Positions 1-8,592 of a stretch of 39,132 nucleotides of DNA are shown here, in pieces. Within the stretch, counting starts at the first letter, position 1. The number at the start of each line of letters is the position of its first letter. The stretch comes from an uncultured Dehalococcoidia bacterium (lineage in GTDB: Bacteria; Chloroflexota; Dehalococcoidia; SZUA-161; JAUWZY01). Location of the stretch: assembly GCA_964567075.1 (NCBI GenBank), contig CAZMKJ010000001.1, positions 1 through 39,132 on the forward strand, given 5' to 3'. Under the pieces are notes generated by a model. That model searched no databases, was not told where the DNA came from, and saw only the letters and a program-made list of their open reading frames with translations. The position numbers and the translations under genes were made by a program.

Positions 1-637
1 CGCTCCTTATCGAGCCCGTTCTTGGGGGTCCGGATTCGGTGATGCCCAGGTGCAATGGATAGGGCATCATCTCGGCAATGGTTTTATTGGCTTCGATAGT
101 GGCGGGGACATCAAAGGCTTTGAGCGAGACCTCGATAAGCTCAAAGTCCAGACTCTCCAAAAAGTGAACCTGCTCCATGGCGAGCTGAACCATGCGCTCG
201 GCAAGCGGCGCCTCGGGGCTTGCTGTCTCGGGCAGGCTCCCCGCATTGACCCCGATGCGGATGGGGACACCCCGCTCCTTGGCAGCACCAACCACAGCGG
301 CGATCTTCTCCGGGTCTCGGATGTTTCCTGGATTTAGCCTGATTCCATCGACCCCACTCTCTAAAGCAGCCAAGGCGAGCCGATGGTCGAAATGGATATC
401 GGCAATGATGGGAAGCGGCGACTGGCGCTTGATCTGGGAAAGGGCTTGGGCTGCCTCGTTATCGGGCACCGCGACCCGGACAAGCTGGCAGCCGCATTCC
501 GAAAGCTTGCCGATTTGGCTTACAGTGGCTGGGACGTCACAGGTGTCGCTCTTAGTCATCGACTGCACCACAATGGGATTGCCGCCACCGACGACAACAT
601 CCCCGATTGCAATCGGTCTAGCAAAGCGACGCCTCAT
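1..637 (-). CDS. ispG: 4-hydroxy-3-methylbut-2-enyl diphosphate synthase IspG/GcpE, N-terminal part (3' end runs off the window)
   Basis: My own reverse translation from the ATG at 637 gives MRRRFARPIAIGDVVVGGGNPIVVQSMTKSDTCDVPATVSQIGKLSECGCQLVRVAVP...IIADIHFDHRLALAALESGVDGIRLNPGNI. This is the typical IspG N-terminus. It is not in the ORF track because it has no stop inside the window. There is a 4-nt ATGA overlap with the rseP stop. Confidence 0.9.
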   Translation of the reverse strand, partial: MRRRFARPIAIGDVVVGGGNPIVVQSMTKSDTCDVPATVSQIGKLSECGCQLVRVAVPDNEAAQALSQIKRQSPLPIIADIHFDHRLALAALESGVDGIRLNPGNIRDPEKIAAVVGAAKERGVPIRIGVNAGSLPETASPEAPLAERMVQLAMEQVHFLESLDFELIEVSLKAFDVPATIEANKTIAEMMPYPLHLGITESGPPRTGSIRS

Positions 638-1686
638 GGCAAGATGCTTTTTCCTCCAATGAGCCTTGACAGGTCAAAATAGCTTACCACCAGGACCAGG
701 GTCAGCAAAAGCATGAGGCCGACGAGATGGGCCATTCTCTCCCGTTCCGGCGAGATTCGTTTCCCGCGCCGAATCCACTCTAAAAGGACAAAGCAAATCC
801 TTCCCCCGTCAAGCATGGGGATGGGCAGCAGATTCATTATGCCAATAACGGCGCTGAGGATAGCAGCCCAGATAAGCAGGGAGGCAACCCCCAACCGAGC
901 CACCTCGCCAGTTGCCTGGGCAATGCCGATCGGGCCCATTACGTCCACGCCCCCCTGGCCAGTGATTATGTTGAAAAACCCTGTTACGGTCAGGGCTATT
1001 ATATTCCAGGTCTGGCGGAAGCCTTCGGCAATGGCCTTGCCTATGGGGTAGGACACGGTCTCATAGTAAGGGTTCACCAACTGCAGAGTAACACCGATTT
1101 TGTCGTTAGGATATGGTGGATAAACGGTTGTCCCGATTTCCTGCTCACCTCTTTTCAGACCGATTAAGATCGGCGAGTCAGGATTGGAACTTATCACTTC
1201 GTGCAGCTCATCGAAGTTGGAGATTTCATGACCATTGGCAGTCAAGATTATATCGTCCACTTGGATGCCCGCCAGCGCTGCCGGGGAACCGGGGTTCACC
1301 TCGATAACCTTGACATCACCCCCTGCCACTACTGGCCTGGGAATCATGAAGGCTATAGAAAGCAGCAAAATGGGAAGCAGAAGGTTCATAATGGAGCCCG
1401 CGCTCAAGACCAAGAGCCTGGTGCGGATGCTTCTGCCGGCCAAGCTTCTGGGATGGCTTGGGTCTTCCTCGCCCAACATCTTGGTGAAGCCACCGATGGG
1501 GATGAGGTTCAGGGAATAGGTGGTCTCGCCTCGCTTGAAGGCGAACAGCCGTGGTGGGAAGCCGATGCCAAACTCCTCAACCAGGATCCCGGCCTTCTTG
1601 GCAGTGATGAAATGCCCCAGCTCATGGACTAAGATGACCAACCCCAGGATCAGGATGAAGGCGATTATAGCTATAAACCACGTCAT
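634..1686 (-). CDS. rseP: RIP metalloprotease RseP (site-2 protease, M50 family, with PDZ domain)
   Basis: HELGHF zinc motif in the first TM helix, a central PDZ-like segment and a C-terminal LLPIPMLDGG motif. It holds the conserved position after dxr. Confidence 0.9.
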   Translation of the reverse strand: MTWFIAIIAFILILGLVILVHELGHFITAKKAGILVEEFGIGFPPRLFAFKRGETTYSLNLIPIGGFTKMLGEEDPSHPRSLAGRSIRTRLLVLSAGSIMNLLLPILLLSIAFMIPRPVVAGGDVKVIEVNPGSPAALAGIQVDDIILTANGHEISNFDELHEVISSNPDSPILIGLKRGEQEIGTTVYPPYPNDKIGVTLQLVNPYYETVSYPIGKAIAEGFRQTWNIIALTVTGFFNIITGQGGVDVMGPIGIAQATGEVARLGVASLLIWAAILSAVIGIMNLLPIPMLDGGRICFVLLEWIRRGKRISPERERMAHLVGLMLLLTLVLVVSYFDLSRLIGGKSILP

Positions 1687-2825
1687 TCCACGGCCCTCGA
1701 GGTCGAGCTCTTAGCTATCTCCCGAGCCCAGGCATCAGCAGCCAGGATATCCTCAAGCTCAGGCTGGCTTATGCCCTGGTGCTGGCTGAGAACGCTCTCC
1801 ACCAGCTCGGCAATTTCGAGGAAGCCGAGCCTTTGCTGCAGAAAGAGATCAACTGCTACCTCATCGGCGGCGCAAAGGACTGCAGGATAGGTGCCGCCTT
1901 TCCTTCCCGCCTCCACGGCGAGCTCAAAGCAGGGGAACCTATCGACATCTATCGGCCCGAAGTTCAAGCAGCGAACCTGAGCTAAGTCCAGCCGAGGGAG
2001 GTCAAGGTTTTGCCAGCGCTCGGGATAAGAAAGGGCGTACTGAATGGGCAACCTCATGTCCGGCGGACTGAGCATCCCCTTAACCGAGCCATCGGCGAAT
2101 TCGACTAAAGAGTGCACTATACTCTCTGGATGGAGCACCGCCTCGATACGGTCAAAGGGGATATCAAAAAGCCAGTGGCTTTCGATAACCTCGAGACCCT
2201 TGTTCATTAAGGTCGCTGCATCGATGGTGACCTTCCCTCCCATTCGCCATGTGGGGTGCTGTAACGCCTCTTCACGGGTCACCCGGGCAAGTTCCTCCCT
2301 GGAATAGTTGCGGAACGGCCCGCCAGATGCGGTGAGAATAATGCGAGCAACCCGCCCCCTTTCCTCACCTTGTAAGCACTGCCAGATGGCGCTAAGCTCG
2401 CTATCGATGGGCAAGATGGTGGCTCCATAACGCTGGGCTTCGGCAATTACCACTCCCCCAGCCATAACCAGAGTCTCCTTATTGGCCAAAGCGATGGTCT
2501 TTCCGCTGTGGATGGCGCACAGGGTTGGCATCAGCCCCGCCTTCCCCGAGGTGGCTATGACCACGAAATCGACATCGGGATGGCTTGCTATCTCCTCCAT
2601 AGAAAGATAGCTTGCCCTCCCGGCCATGTGGTCATCGGGGTTCTGGGCAAAGATTAGCTTGGGGCTGAATTCCTGAGCCTGTTGCGCCAAGAGAGAGGTA
2701 TTCTTACCTGCAGCTAAAGCCACTACCTGGAACCTCTCGGGGAAGGAGCGCACCACCTCCAGCACCTGCCGCCCGATCGAACCTGTGGAGCCCAGGATCG
2801 CCAGCCGCTTCACATTATGACCCAT
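1683..2825 (-). CDS. dxr: 1-deoxy-D-xylulose 5-phosphate reductoisomerase
   Basis: Homology begins at MGHNVKRLAILGSTGSIGRQVLEV (ATG at 2825, in frame with the 534-aa track ORF). The upstream 154 aa of the track ORF overlap cdsA and look non-genic. Confidence 0.92.
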   Translation of the reverse strand: MGHNVKRLAILGSTGSIGRQVLEVVRSFPERFQVVALAAGKNTSLLAQQAQEFSPKLIFAQNPDDHMAGRASYLSMEEIASHPDVDFVVIATSGKAGLMPTLCAIHSGKTIALANKETLVMAGGVVIAEAQRYGATILPIDSELSAIWQCLQGEERGRVARIILTASGGPFRNYSREELARVTREEALQHPTWRMGGKVTIDAATLMNKGLEVIESHWLFDIPFDRIEAVLHPESIVHSLVEFADGSVKGMLSPPDMRLPIQYALSYPERWQNLDLPRLDLAQVRCLNFGPIDVDRFPCFELAVEAGRKGGTYPAVLCAADEVAVDLFLQQRLGFLEIAELVESVLSQHQGISQPELEDILAADAWAREIAKSSTSRAVE

Positions 2826-3658
2826 ACTACATAATAGTATACCAGAACTACAGTGAAGACGACGGAATCGAGCCGATCGAGGATGCCACCATGCCCTGGA
2901 ATCAGTCTCCCCGAGTCCTTGACCCCGGTGCTCCTTTTGAGCATCGATTCCACAAGGTCGCCCCCAAAGGCCACGGCAGCGATGAGAAAGCCGAGAATGC
3001 TGACTTGCCAGTAGCTTACAGGGAGCCCTAAAATGGCACTCAAGGCGACGGCGGCAGCGATGCCAGCGATGAGCCCGGCGAAGGTCCCCTCCCAAGTCTT
3101 CCCCGGGCTTATCTTGGGCACCATCGAATGGCGGCCCCAGGCACGACCAATGAGGTAAGCACCGGAGTCGGCGGCAAAGGTGGCAAATAGGGCCAAGATG
3201 ACCCAGTCGCGACCTTGCTCCAATTCCCTGAGCGGGATGAAATGGCCCAGCATCCAGCCGATATAGAAAATGCCGCCCACAGTCCACAGCCAGTTGGCCA
3301 GGGTCTTTTCCCCGCGGGAACGAAGGAGGAGCCAGAGCAGAGGCAAGGCTACCGCAGTGGGGATCAATATTGCCGTAGCTATCGGCGTGGCTCTGAGCTC
3401 CTGAAAATAGAGATTCACAATAAAGAACAAGACAAAAATAACGCCGAGGATGGTTAATGGCTGCCAGCCGCCATGAGTCGCCAATCTGTAGAACTCAATG
3501 GCTCCGAGAAGGGCGACGGCAGCAATCAGCAGTGAGAATAGCCACAGGGGGCCAAACCAAATGATGACGAACAGGATAGGGATAAAAACTGCAGCGCTGA
3601 GGAGCCTTTGCCGCAGCTGGGATCTCTCAGGGACCACTCCCAGTCCCTTTACCTCCAC
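2810..3658 (-). CDS. cdsA: phosphatidate cytidylyltransferase (CDP-diglyceride synthase)
   Basis: Multi-TM protein with the C-terminal signature SMLKRSTGVKDSGRLIPGHGGILDRLDS. It sits in the uppS-cdsA-dxr synteny. The GTG start at 3658 overlaps the uppS end, so the exact start is uncertain. Confidence 0.85.
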   Translation of the reverse strand: MEVKGLGVVPERSQLRQRLLSAAVFIPILFVIIWFGPLWLFSLLIAAVALLGAIEFYRLATHGGWQPLTILGVIFVLFFIVNLYFQELRATPIATAILIPTAVALPLLWLLLRSRGEKTLANWLWTVGGIFYIGWMLGHFIPLRELEQGRDWVILALFATFAADSGAYLIGRAWGRHSMVPKISPGKTWEGTFAGLIAGIAAAVALSAILGLPVSYWQVSILGFLIAAVAFGGDLVESMLKRSTGVKDSGRLIPGHGGILDRLDSVVFTVVLVYYYVVWVIM

Positions 3659-4367
3659 TTGCTCTTAGTCCGCCAAAACGCCGTTCTCGTTGACTATAGT
3701 CCAGGAGTGCCTTCTCGATCTCTGCTTTATCGAAGTCTGGCCACAGCGTCGGGGTGAAGTAGTATTCGCTATATGCTGCCTGCCAGGTGAGGAAATTGCT
3801 CAAGCGCCTCTCGCCGCCGGTGCGGATGACCAGATCTGGCTCGGGAAGGCCCGCGGTGTAAAGGTAATCATTGAACAGGGTTTCGTCTACCCTTTCCGCT
3901 GGGATGCTATCCCTAATAATCTTGCGCACTGCATCCAAGATCTCGTTTCGCCCGCTGTAATTAAAGGCAATGCTGAGAACCATCCTCGAACCATTTCTGG
4001 TCAGCCTGATGGCCCTCTTTATCTTGCTCTGCAGTCGCTGTGATAGCTCATCAATCTGGCCTAGCACGAGGAGCCTGATGCCATTTTCCAAGCAGGATGT
4101 AACCTCGCGGTCAATGACCTCGTTCAACAGGCGGAGCAGCCCCAAAACCTCACGCCTGGGCCGGGTCCAGTTGTCAGTGGAGAAGGCCCAAAGGGTCAGG
4201 TATTTTATCCCGTACTCATGGAGCCATTCGACGACGCGGTGGATATTATCAGCTCCGGCGCGGTGCCCAGCAAGGCGTGATAGCCCCCGGCCTCGAGCCC
4301 ACCTCCCGTTGCCATCCATGATAATGGCTACATGCTTTGGCAACGGAGAGATCTTCCCCTCCCTCAT
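3627..4367 (-). CDS. uppS: isoprenyl transferase / undecaprenyl diphosphate synthase
   Basis: HVAIIMDGNGRWA and FSTDNWTRP motifs, plus the RTGGERRLSNFLTWQAAYSEYYF C-terminal motif. Confidence 0.93.
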   Translation of the reverse strand: MREGKISPLPKHVAIIMDGNGRWARGRGLSRLAGHRAGADNIHRVVEWLHEYGIKYLTLWAFSTDNWTRPRREVLGLLRLLNEVIDREVTSCLENGIRLLVLGQIDELSQRLQSKIKRAIRLTRNGSRMVLSIAFNYSGRNEILDAVRKIIRDSIPAERVDETLFNDYLYTAGLPEPDLVIRTGGERRLSNFLTWQAAYSEYYFTPTLWPDFDKAEIEKALLDYSQRERRFGGLRASGGKGTGSGP

Positions 4368-4383
4368 CTCTCCTCTCCTGGGG

Positions 4384-4941
4384 CTAAATTTCTAAGACCT
4401 CGGCTTCCTTGTCCCGAGCTATGCTATCGCTCTCTTCGATAAAGCGATCGGTGAGCTTCTGAAGCAGTTCCAGGGCTCGTTTCTGCTCGTCCTCGGATAT
4501 CTCTTTATTTCGTGCCAAATCCCTGAGCTGCTCCATAGTCTCCCGCCTCACGTTGCGAATGGCAACCCGCCCCTCCTCCACCCTCTTGCGAACCACCCGA
4601 ACCAGCTCCTTTCGCCGCTCCTCGGTAAGCTGGGGGATGGAGAGCCTGATCACATCGCCATCGTTTGCCGGATTCAGCCCCAGGCCGGATTTCAGGATCG
4701 CTTTCTCGATGCTGCTTAAGCTTCCTTTGTCCCAGGGCTGAATAACCAGGAGCCTGGCCTCCGGCACCGAGATTGTGGCCATCTGCCCTAGTGGAGTGGG
4801 CACGCCATAGTAATCGACTCGGATCTGTTCTACCAGCGCAGGACTGGCACGCCCGGTGCGAATAGTGGCCAACTCCCGCTGCAACACCTCAACGGTCTTG
4901 CCCATCTTAACATCTGCGTTAGAGAGGATCTCGCTTACCAT
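4384..4941 (-). CDS. frr: ribosome recycling factor
   Basis: Homology starts at MVSEILSNADVKMGKTVEVLQRELATIRTGRASPALV (ATG at 4941, in frame). The longer track ORF would overlap pyrH. Confidence 0.92.
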   Translation of the reverse strand: MVSEILSNADVKMGKTVEVLQRELATIRTGRASPALVEQIRVDYYGVPTPLGQMATISVPEARLLVIQPWDKGSLSSIEKAILKSGLGLNPANDGDVIRLSIPQLTEERRKELVRVVRKRVEEGRVAIRNVRRETMEQLRDLARNKEISEDEQKRALELLQKLTDRFIEESDSIARDKEAEVLEI

Positions 4942-4945
4942 GTTC

Positions 4946-5665
4946 TTAACCGGAGACCAGGGTGCCGATATCTTCACCGAATATCGCTCTCTCGATGCTC
5001 CTCGGTGCTCGCAGATCGAAGACAATAATGGGAAGGCGGTTTTCCAGGCATAGGGCAAAGGCAGTTGTGTCCATGACCTCGAGATGCATGGCTAAGGCAT
5101 CAGCGTAACTCAGCCGCTCGAATCTTTTAGCCTCTTTATTGGTCGACGGGTCGCAGTCGTAGACGCCGTCGATTTTGTTTTTCCCCATAAGCAAGACCTC
5201 GGCATCGATCTCTATCGCTCGCAGTGCTGCCGCGGTATCAGTAGTCATGTAGGGATTCCCCGTGCCTGCGGCGAAGATCACTACCCGCCCCTTCTCCAAA
5301 TGGCGAATGGCCCGGCGCCTGATGTACGGCTCGGCTACTGCATGAACGTTGATGGCGCTTTGTGTCCTGGTAACCAGCCCTTCCTGCTCCAGGGCATTCT
5401 GAAGTGCCAAGGCGTTGATTATAGTAGCCAACATGCCGGCGTAATCAGCGGCCGCTCGTTCCATCCCTTCGGCTTCGGCAGTAGCACCGCGCCAGATATT
5501 TCCCCCACCAACGACGATAGCGACCTCGACCCCTCTCCCCGTCACGCTTTTCAGTTGCTCAGCAATGTCCTTGGCCACTACAGCGTCGATGCCGAATGAG
5601 CGATCACCCATAAGAGCCTCGCCACTGACCTTCAATAGGATGCGCTTATATTTGGGTTGCACCAT
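4946..5665 (-). CDS. pyrH: UMP kinase
   Basis: [12 protein letters not shown]...GGGNIWRG...[16 protein letters not shown] are typical PyrH motifs. Confidence 0.95.
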   Translation of the reverse strand: MVQPKYKRILLKVSGEALMGDRSFGIDAVVAKDIAEQLKSVTGRGVEVAIVVGGGNIWRGATAEAEGMERAAADYAGMLATIINALALQNALEQEGLVTRTQSAINVHAVAEPYIRRRAIRHLEKGRVVIFAAGTGNPYMTTDTAAALRAIEIDAEVLLMGKNKIDGVYDCDPSTNKEAKRFERLSYADALAMHLEVMDTTAFALCLENRLPIIVFDLRAPRSIERAIFGEDIGTLVSG

Positions 5666-5669
5666 TCCC

Positions 5670-6167
5670 CTACTCCCTCAGTTCGAAGCGGGCAAACCTC
5701 CGCACCCTGATGTTTTCCCCAAGCTTAGCTTTAGCTTCAGCGATGATGTCTTGAACCCTTTTCCCGGGCTCCTTGATAAATGGCTGCACCAAGAGACAAT
5801 CCTCAGTCGGGTCCTCTCCCTCCGGTGCCTCATCCGCGTAGATAAATCTGGGGGCAGTAGCTGCCACCTGCATCGCCAGATCGTGAGCCAGCTGTTTGAA
5901 CTCCTCGGTGCGAGCGACAAAGTCAGTTTCGCAGTTGACCTCGATCAGGGCGCCGAGGCGACCACCAGTATGGACATAGGCTTCAATCAACCCCTCCCTG
6001 GTCACTCGCTCTGCTTTTTTCTCGGCGAGCAAAAGCCCCCTCTCCTTCAAGATAGCAATCGCGTTACTGAGATCGCCCTCAGCCTCAAGGAGGGCCTTTT
6101 TGCATTCCAGCACCCCGGCACCGGTCTTGTCCCTGAGTTCTTTTATTGCTTCCCTGGAAACCAGCAA
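5670..6167 (-). CDS. tsf: translation elongation factor Ts (unusually short form, 165 aa)
   Basis: N-terminal UBA-like [30 protein letters not shown] and a core [10 protein letters not shown] motif. The TTG start lies 1 nt after the rpsB stop, with GAGGAGGAG as RBS. Confidence 0.9.
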   Translation of the reverse strand: MLVSREAIKELRDKTGAGVLECKKALLEAEGDLSNAIAILKERGLLLAEKKAERVTREGLIEAYVHTGGRLGALIEVNCETDFVARTEEFKQLAHDLAMQVAATAPRFIYADEAPEGEDPTEDCLLVQPFIKEPGKRVQDIIAEAKAKLGENIRVRRFARFELRE

Positions 6168-6168
6168 C

Positions 6169-6918
6169 TTACTCCTCCTCGCCCTCGGAGGCTACTAATA
6201 ATAGCCCCTCAGCCTGCTCCGCTGCCTCCTCACGGGCTTGCTTTCCTTCGAGGACAGCGTCGGCGATTACAGAGCATAGCAGCTTCACCGATTTTATGGC
6301 ATCATCATTAGCCGGGATCGGATGGTCAATCTCGTCTGGGTTGCAATCAGTGTCCACTATGGCCACCAAAGGGACGCCGACCTTTATCGCCTCAGCTACA
6401 GCAATCCTTTCCTTTACCGGATCGATGATGAACAGAGCCCCGGGGATGTCGGTCATCTCCTTGACCCCACCAAGGAGCCGGTTAAGGTGAGAGATCTCCT
6501 TCTCCAGCCGCAATGCTTCCCTCTTGGGCAAGCGTTCCAACTCGCCCCGGCTTTTACGATCCTCAAGGCGGACAAGATAGTCGATTCGAGACTGGATGGT
6601 GGCGAAGTTGGTCAGCATCCCTCCCAGCCAGCGTTGATTGACATAGTAGGCACCGCAGCGCTTGGCCTCCTCCTCCACTGCCTCTTGAGCCTGCTTTTTG
6701 GTGCCCACGAAAAGGATATCCTTTCCCCCGGCGACCAAATCGCGGACAAAATCACATGCTTTGCCCAACAACTCCACGGTCTGCTCCAAATCGATGATGT
6801 GAATTCTGTTGCGCTCAGTGAAAATATAACGCCTCATCCGGGGATTCCAGCGCCTCGGCTGATGACCAAAATGGACCCCGGCCTCGAGAAGCAGTTTTAT
6901 GGGAACGGGCTCAGACAA
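6169..6918 (-). CDS. rpsB: 30S ribosomal protein S2
   Basis: [19 protein letters not shown] signature. I favour the TTG at 6918 because AAAGGAGGG lies just upstream and the N-terminal length then matches S2 homologs. In-frame alternatives are TTG 6960 (track) and ATG 6948, neither with an RBS. Confidence 0.88.
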   Translation of the reverse strand: MSEPVPIKLLLEAGVHFGHQPRRWNPRMRRYIFTERNRIHIIDLEQTVELLGKACDFVRDLVAGGKDILFVGTKKQAQEAVEEEAKRCGAYYVNQRWLGGMLTNFATIQSRIDYLVRLEDRKSRGELERLPKREALRLEKEISHLNRLLGGVKEMTDIPGALFIIDPVKERIAVAEAIKVGVPLVAIVDTDCNPDEIDHPIPANDDAIKSVKLLCSVIADAVLEGKQAREEAAEQAEGLLLVASEGEEE

Positions 6919-6975
6919 TTTCCCTCCTTTTGGCTTGAAGTTTACCATAGCCCAAGGCAAAAGACAAGAGAGCCC

Positions 6976-7004
6976 TTGACAAAAGCAGGGTTTGATGCTA
7001 ATTT
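6976..7004 (+). promoter_or_regulatory. sigma-70-like promoter TTGACA-N17-TAATTT
   Basis: TTGACA at 6976-6981, a 17-nt spacer, then TAATTT at 6999-7004. It points at the zinc-ribbon/dtd genes. Confidence 0.55.
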
Positions 7005-7008
7005 ATGG

Positions 7009-7035
7009 TTAGCACTCTCAGGTTGAGAGTGCTAA
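7009..7035. promoter_or_regulatory. CIRCE element (HrcA operator), exact consensus
   Basis: TTAGCACTC-tcaggttga-GAGTGCTAA equals the consensus TTAGCACTC-N9-GAGTGCTAA. The inverted repeat extends to 13 bp (7007-7019 / 7025-7037). Confidence 0.8.
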
Positions 7036-7077
7036 CCAGAGGGCGTCCTCAATTGGGCGCTTTTTCTATGGAGGCAT

Positions 7078-7311
7078 ATGATGCCGATCTATGAGTATGA
7101 ATGCTGCTTTTGCCACTCCCGTTTCGAGCAAAGGCAACACTTCGATGAGTCGGCGGTAACCGCTTGCCCCCGATGCCAAGGCAAAGCCCGCCGTGTTTTG
7201 CATTCGGTGCCGGTTATCTTTAAGGGAAGCGGATTCTACACCACGGACCACAGGAGCTCAAATCCCGCCAGTCAGGGAGAAAAAAAGCCCGAATCAGAGG
7301 TCAAAGATTGA
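7078..7311 (+). CDS. FmdB-family zinc-ribbon protein (CxxC...CPxC, putative regulatory protein)
   Basis: [16 protein letters not shown]...ACPRCQG...[10 protein letters not shown] is the typical FmdB/CxxC_CxxC_SSSS architecture. A GGAGG RBS lies at 7070-7074. Confidence 0.85.
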   Translation: MMPIYEYECCFCHSRFEQRQHFDESAVTACPRCQGKARRVLHSVPVIFKGSGFYTTDHRSSNPASQGEKKPESEVKD

Positions 7312-7751
7312 AGGCGCTGCTGCAACGAGTCTCAAAGGCCTCGGTCAGCATCGACGAGCAAGTCAGGGGCAAAATCGACCGAGGTCTCGTTGTTTTCCTT
7401 GGCGTGGAGCGAGGAGACTCAGAAGCTGATGCTCGCTATTTAGCGGAGAAAACAGCAAATCTACGTATCTTCTCCGACGAAGCTGGCAAATTTAACCTCT
7501 CGGCATTGGACATCAGCGGCCAGGTCCTGGTGGTGAGCCAGTTTACCCTGCTCGCCGATGCCAGAAAAGGGCGCCGCCCCAGTTTTGCCGCTGCCGCCCC
7601 TCCTGAGGAAGCAGAGCCGCTGGTAGAGAAGTTCATCAGCTACTTAAAGGAAAGCGGGCTAAAGGTGGAAAAGGGCATCTTCGGCGGGCACATGCAGGTC
7701 GAGATCCACAACGACGGCCCGGTGACCATCCTCCTCGAAAGCAAAGGCTAA
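7308..7751 (+). CDS. dtd: D-aminoacyl-tRNA deacylase
   Basis: [16 protein letters not shown]...GLVVFLGV...[17 protein letters not shown] matches Dtd. The TTG start overlaps the upstream stop (TTGA). Confidence 0.93.
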   Translation: MKALLQRVSKASVSIDEQVRGKIDRGLVVFLGVERGDSEADARYLAEKTANLRIFSDEAGKFNLSALDISGQVLVVSQFTLLADARKGRRPSFAAAAPPEEAEPLVEKFISYLKESGLKVEKGIFGGHMQVEIHNDGPVTILLESKG

Positions 7752-7753
7752 GC

Positions 7754-7767
7754 TGCAACCAGTTGCA
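7754..7767. promoter_or_regulatory. palindrome TGCAAC-CA-GTTGCA, putative Fur-family operator (site 1)
   Basis: Perfect 6-2-6 inverted repeat about 30 nt upstream of the Fur-family gene. A near-identical copy lies at 8228-8241. Confidence 0.4.
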
Positions 7768-7797
7768 ATAATTATTGAAATATGGTAGGCTTGAAAG

Positions 7798-8208
7798 GTG
7801 AGTTGTCTTCAGACCCTGAAAGAGCAAGGCTATCGGCTGACGCCGCAGCGGGTGCTGGTGATCGACGCAATCCATGATGCCGAAAGCCATATCAGTGCCG
7901 AGGAGATCTATGCCCAGGTTCGAGCCAAATACCCCGAAGTCAATATCTCCACTGTATATCGCACTCTGGAGCTGCTGAAGAAGCTGGAGCTGGTCACCGA
8001 GACCAATATGGGTGAGGGAATTCTGCGCTACCATCACGCCGATGAGGGACATCATCACCACCTCGTGTGCCGTAAATGCGGCCGCATATTCGATCTCGAT
8101 GAGCCCGTGCTCGACTCATTAACAGGCGCTCTGATCCGAGAATGTGGCTTTGTGCCTGACTTCAAGCACTTGGCCATCTTCGGTCATTGCCTTGAGTGCC
8201 AGGAGTGA
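7798..8208 (+). CDS. Fur-family transcriptional regulator (Fur/Zur/PerR type not resolvable)
   Basis: Winged helix with LTPQRVLVIDAI...ISAEEIY...ISTVYRTLELL, a His-rich HHADEGHHHHLVCRKCG segment and a C-terminal CLEC. GTG start. Confidence 0.9.
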   Translation: MSCLQTLKEQGYRLTPQRVLVIDAIHDAESHISAEEIYAQVRAKYPEVNISTVYRTLELLKKLELVTETNMGEGILRYHHADEGHHHHLVCRKCGRIFDLDEPVLDSLTGALIRECGFVPDFKHLAIFGHCLECQE

Positions 8209-8227
8209 AAATTTTTTGAAGAGCTAT

Positions 8228-8241
8228 TGCAATTAGTTGCA
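8228..8241. promoter_or_regulatory. palindrome TGCAAT-TA-GTTGCA, putative Fur-family operator (site 2)
   Basis: One mismatch from site 1. It lies 30 nt upstream of the small membrane protein ORF. Confidence 0.4.
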
Positions 8242-8270
8242 AAATCTTTTAGAAAGGAGGTGATAAAACG

Positions 8271-8564
8271 ATGTGCTACACCATACCACTTGCAGCATCA
8301 GTAGCCGTATCAATTGTGTGGGGCGTTCGAAAAAGGCCTGAGGTTTGGTGGCTTAATTTGCTCCTTTGGGGAGGGGCTTTGTTCGGCATAGTAGACCACA
8401 TTTGGTATGGCGAGTTGTTTATTGTCACCGGGAGCTTGGCTAGTGACTTGGCCCTCGGAGGTGTAATCACAGCTGTGGTATTTGCTGCCTGGGGCATAGC
8501 CCTTGCCCTAACAAGGATAAGCCCCACCCTGGCTCGCTATATCTCGGCTCCAAAAGGGCAATAA
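8271..8564 (+). CDS. small hypothetical membrane protein (about 3 TM helices)
   Basis: Strong RBS AAAGGAGGTG 7 nt upstream of the ATG and three hydrophobic stretches. No recognisable family. Confidence 0.6.
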   Translation: MCYTIPLAASVAVSIVWGVRKRPEVWWLNLLLWGGALFGIVDHIWYGELFIVTGSLASDLALGGVITAVVFAAWGIALALTRISPTLARYISAPKGQ

Positions 8565-8592
8565 ACAGAAAAGAAGCTACCTTCTGTTTGAA

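Noticed and set aside
2826-3287. N-terminal 154-aa extension of the dxr track ORF (534 aa).
   Set aside because: The extension is Arg/Cys/His-rich, overlaps cdsA on the same strand in another frame, and Dxr homology starts exactly at the ATG at 2825.
8563-8589. AT-rich inverted repeat AAACAGAA-(11 nt)-TTCTGTTT between the convergent membrane-protein gene and nadC, considered as a possible bidirectional terminator.
   Set aside because: The stem is weak and A/T-only, the loop is large and there is no convincing U-tract. This is not enough to call a terminator.
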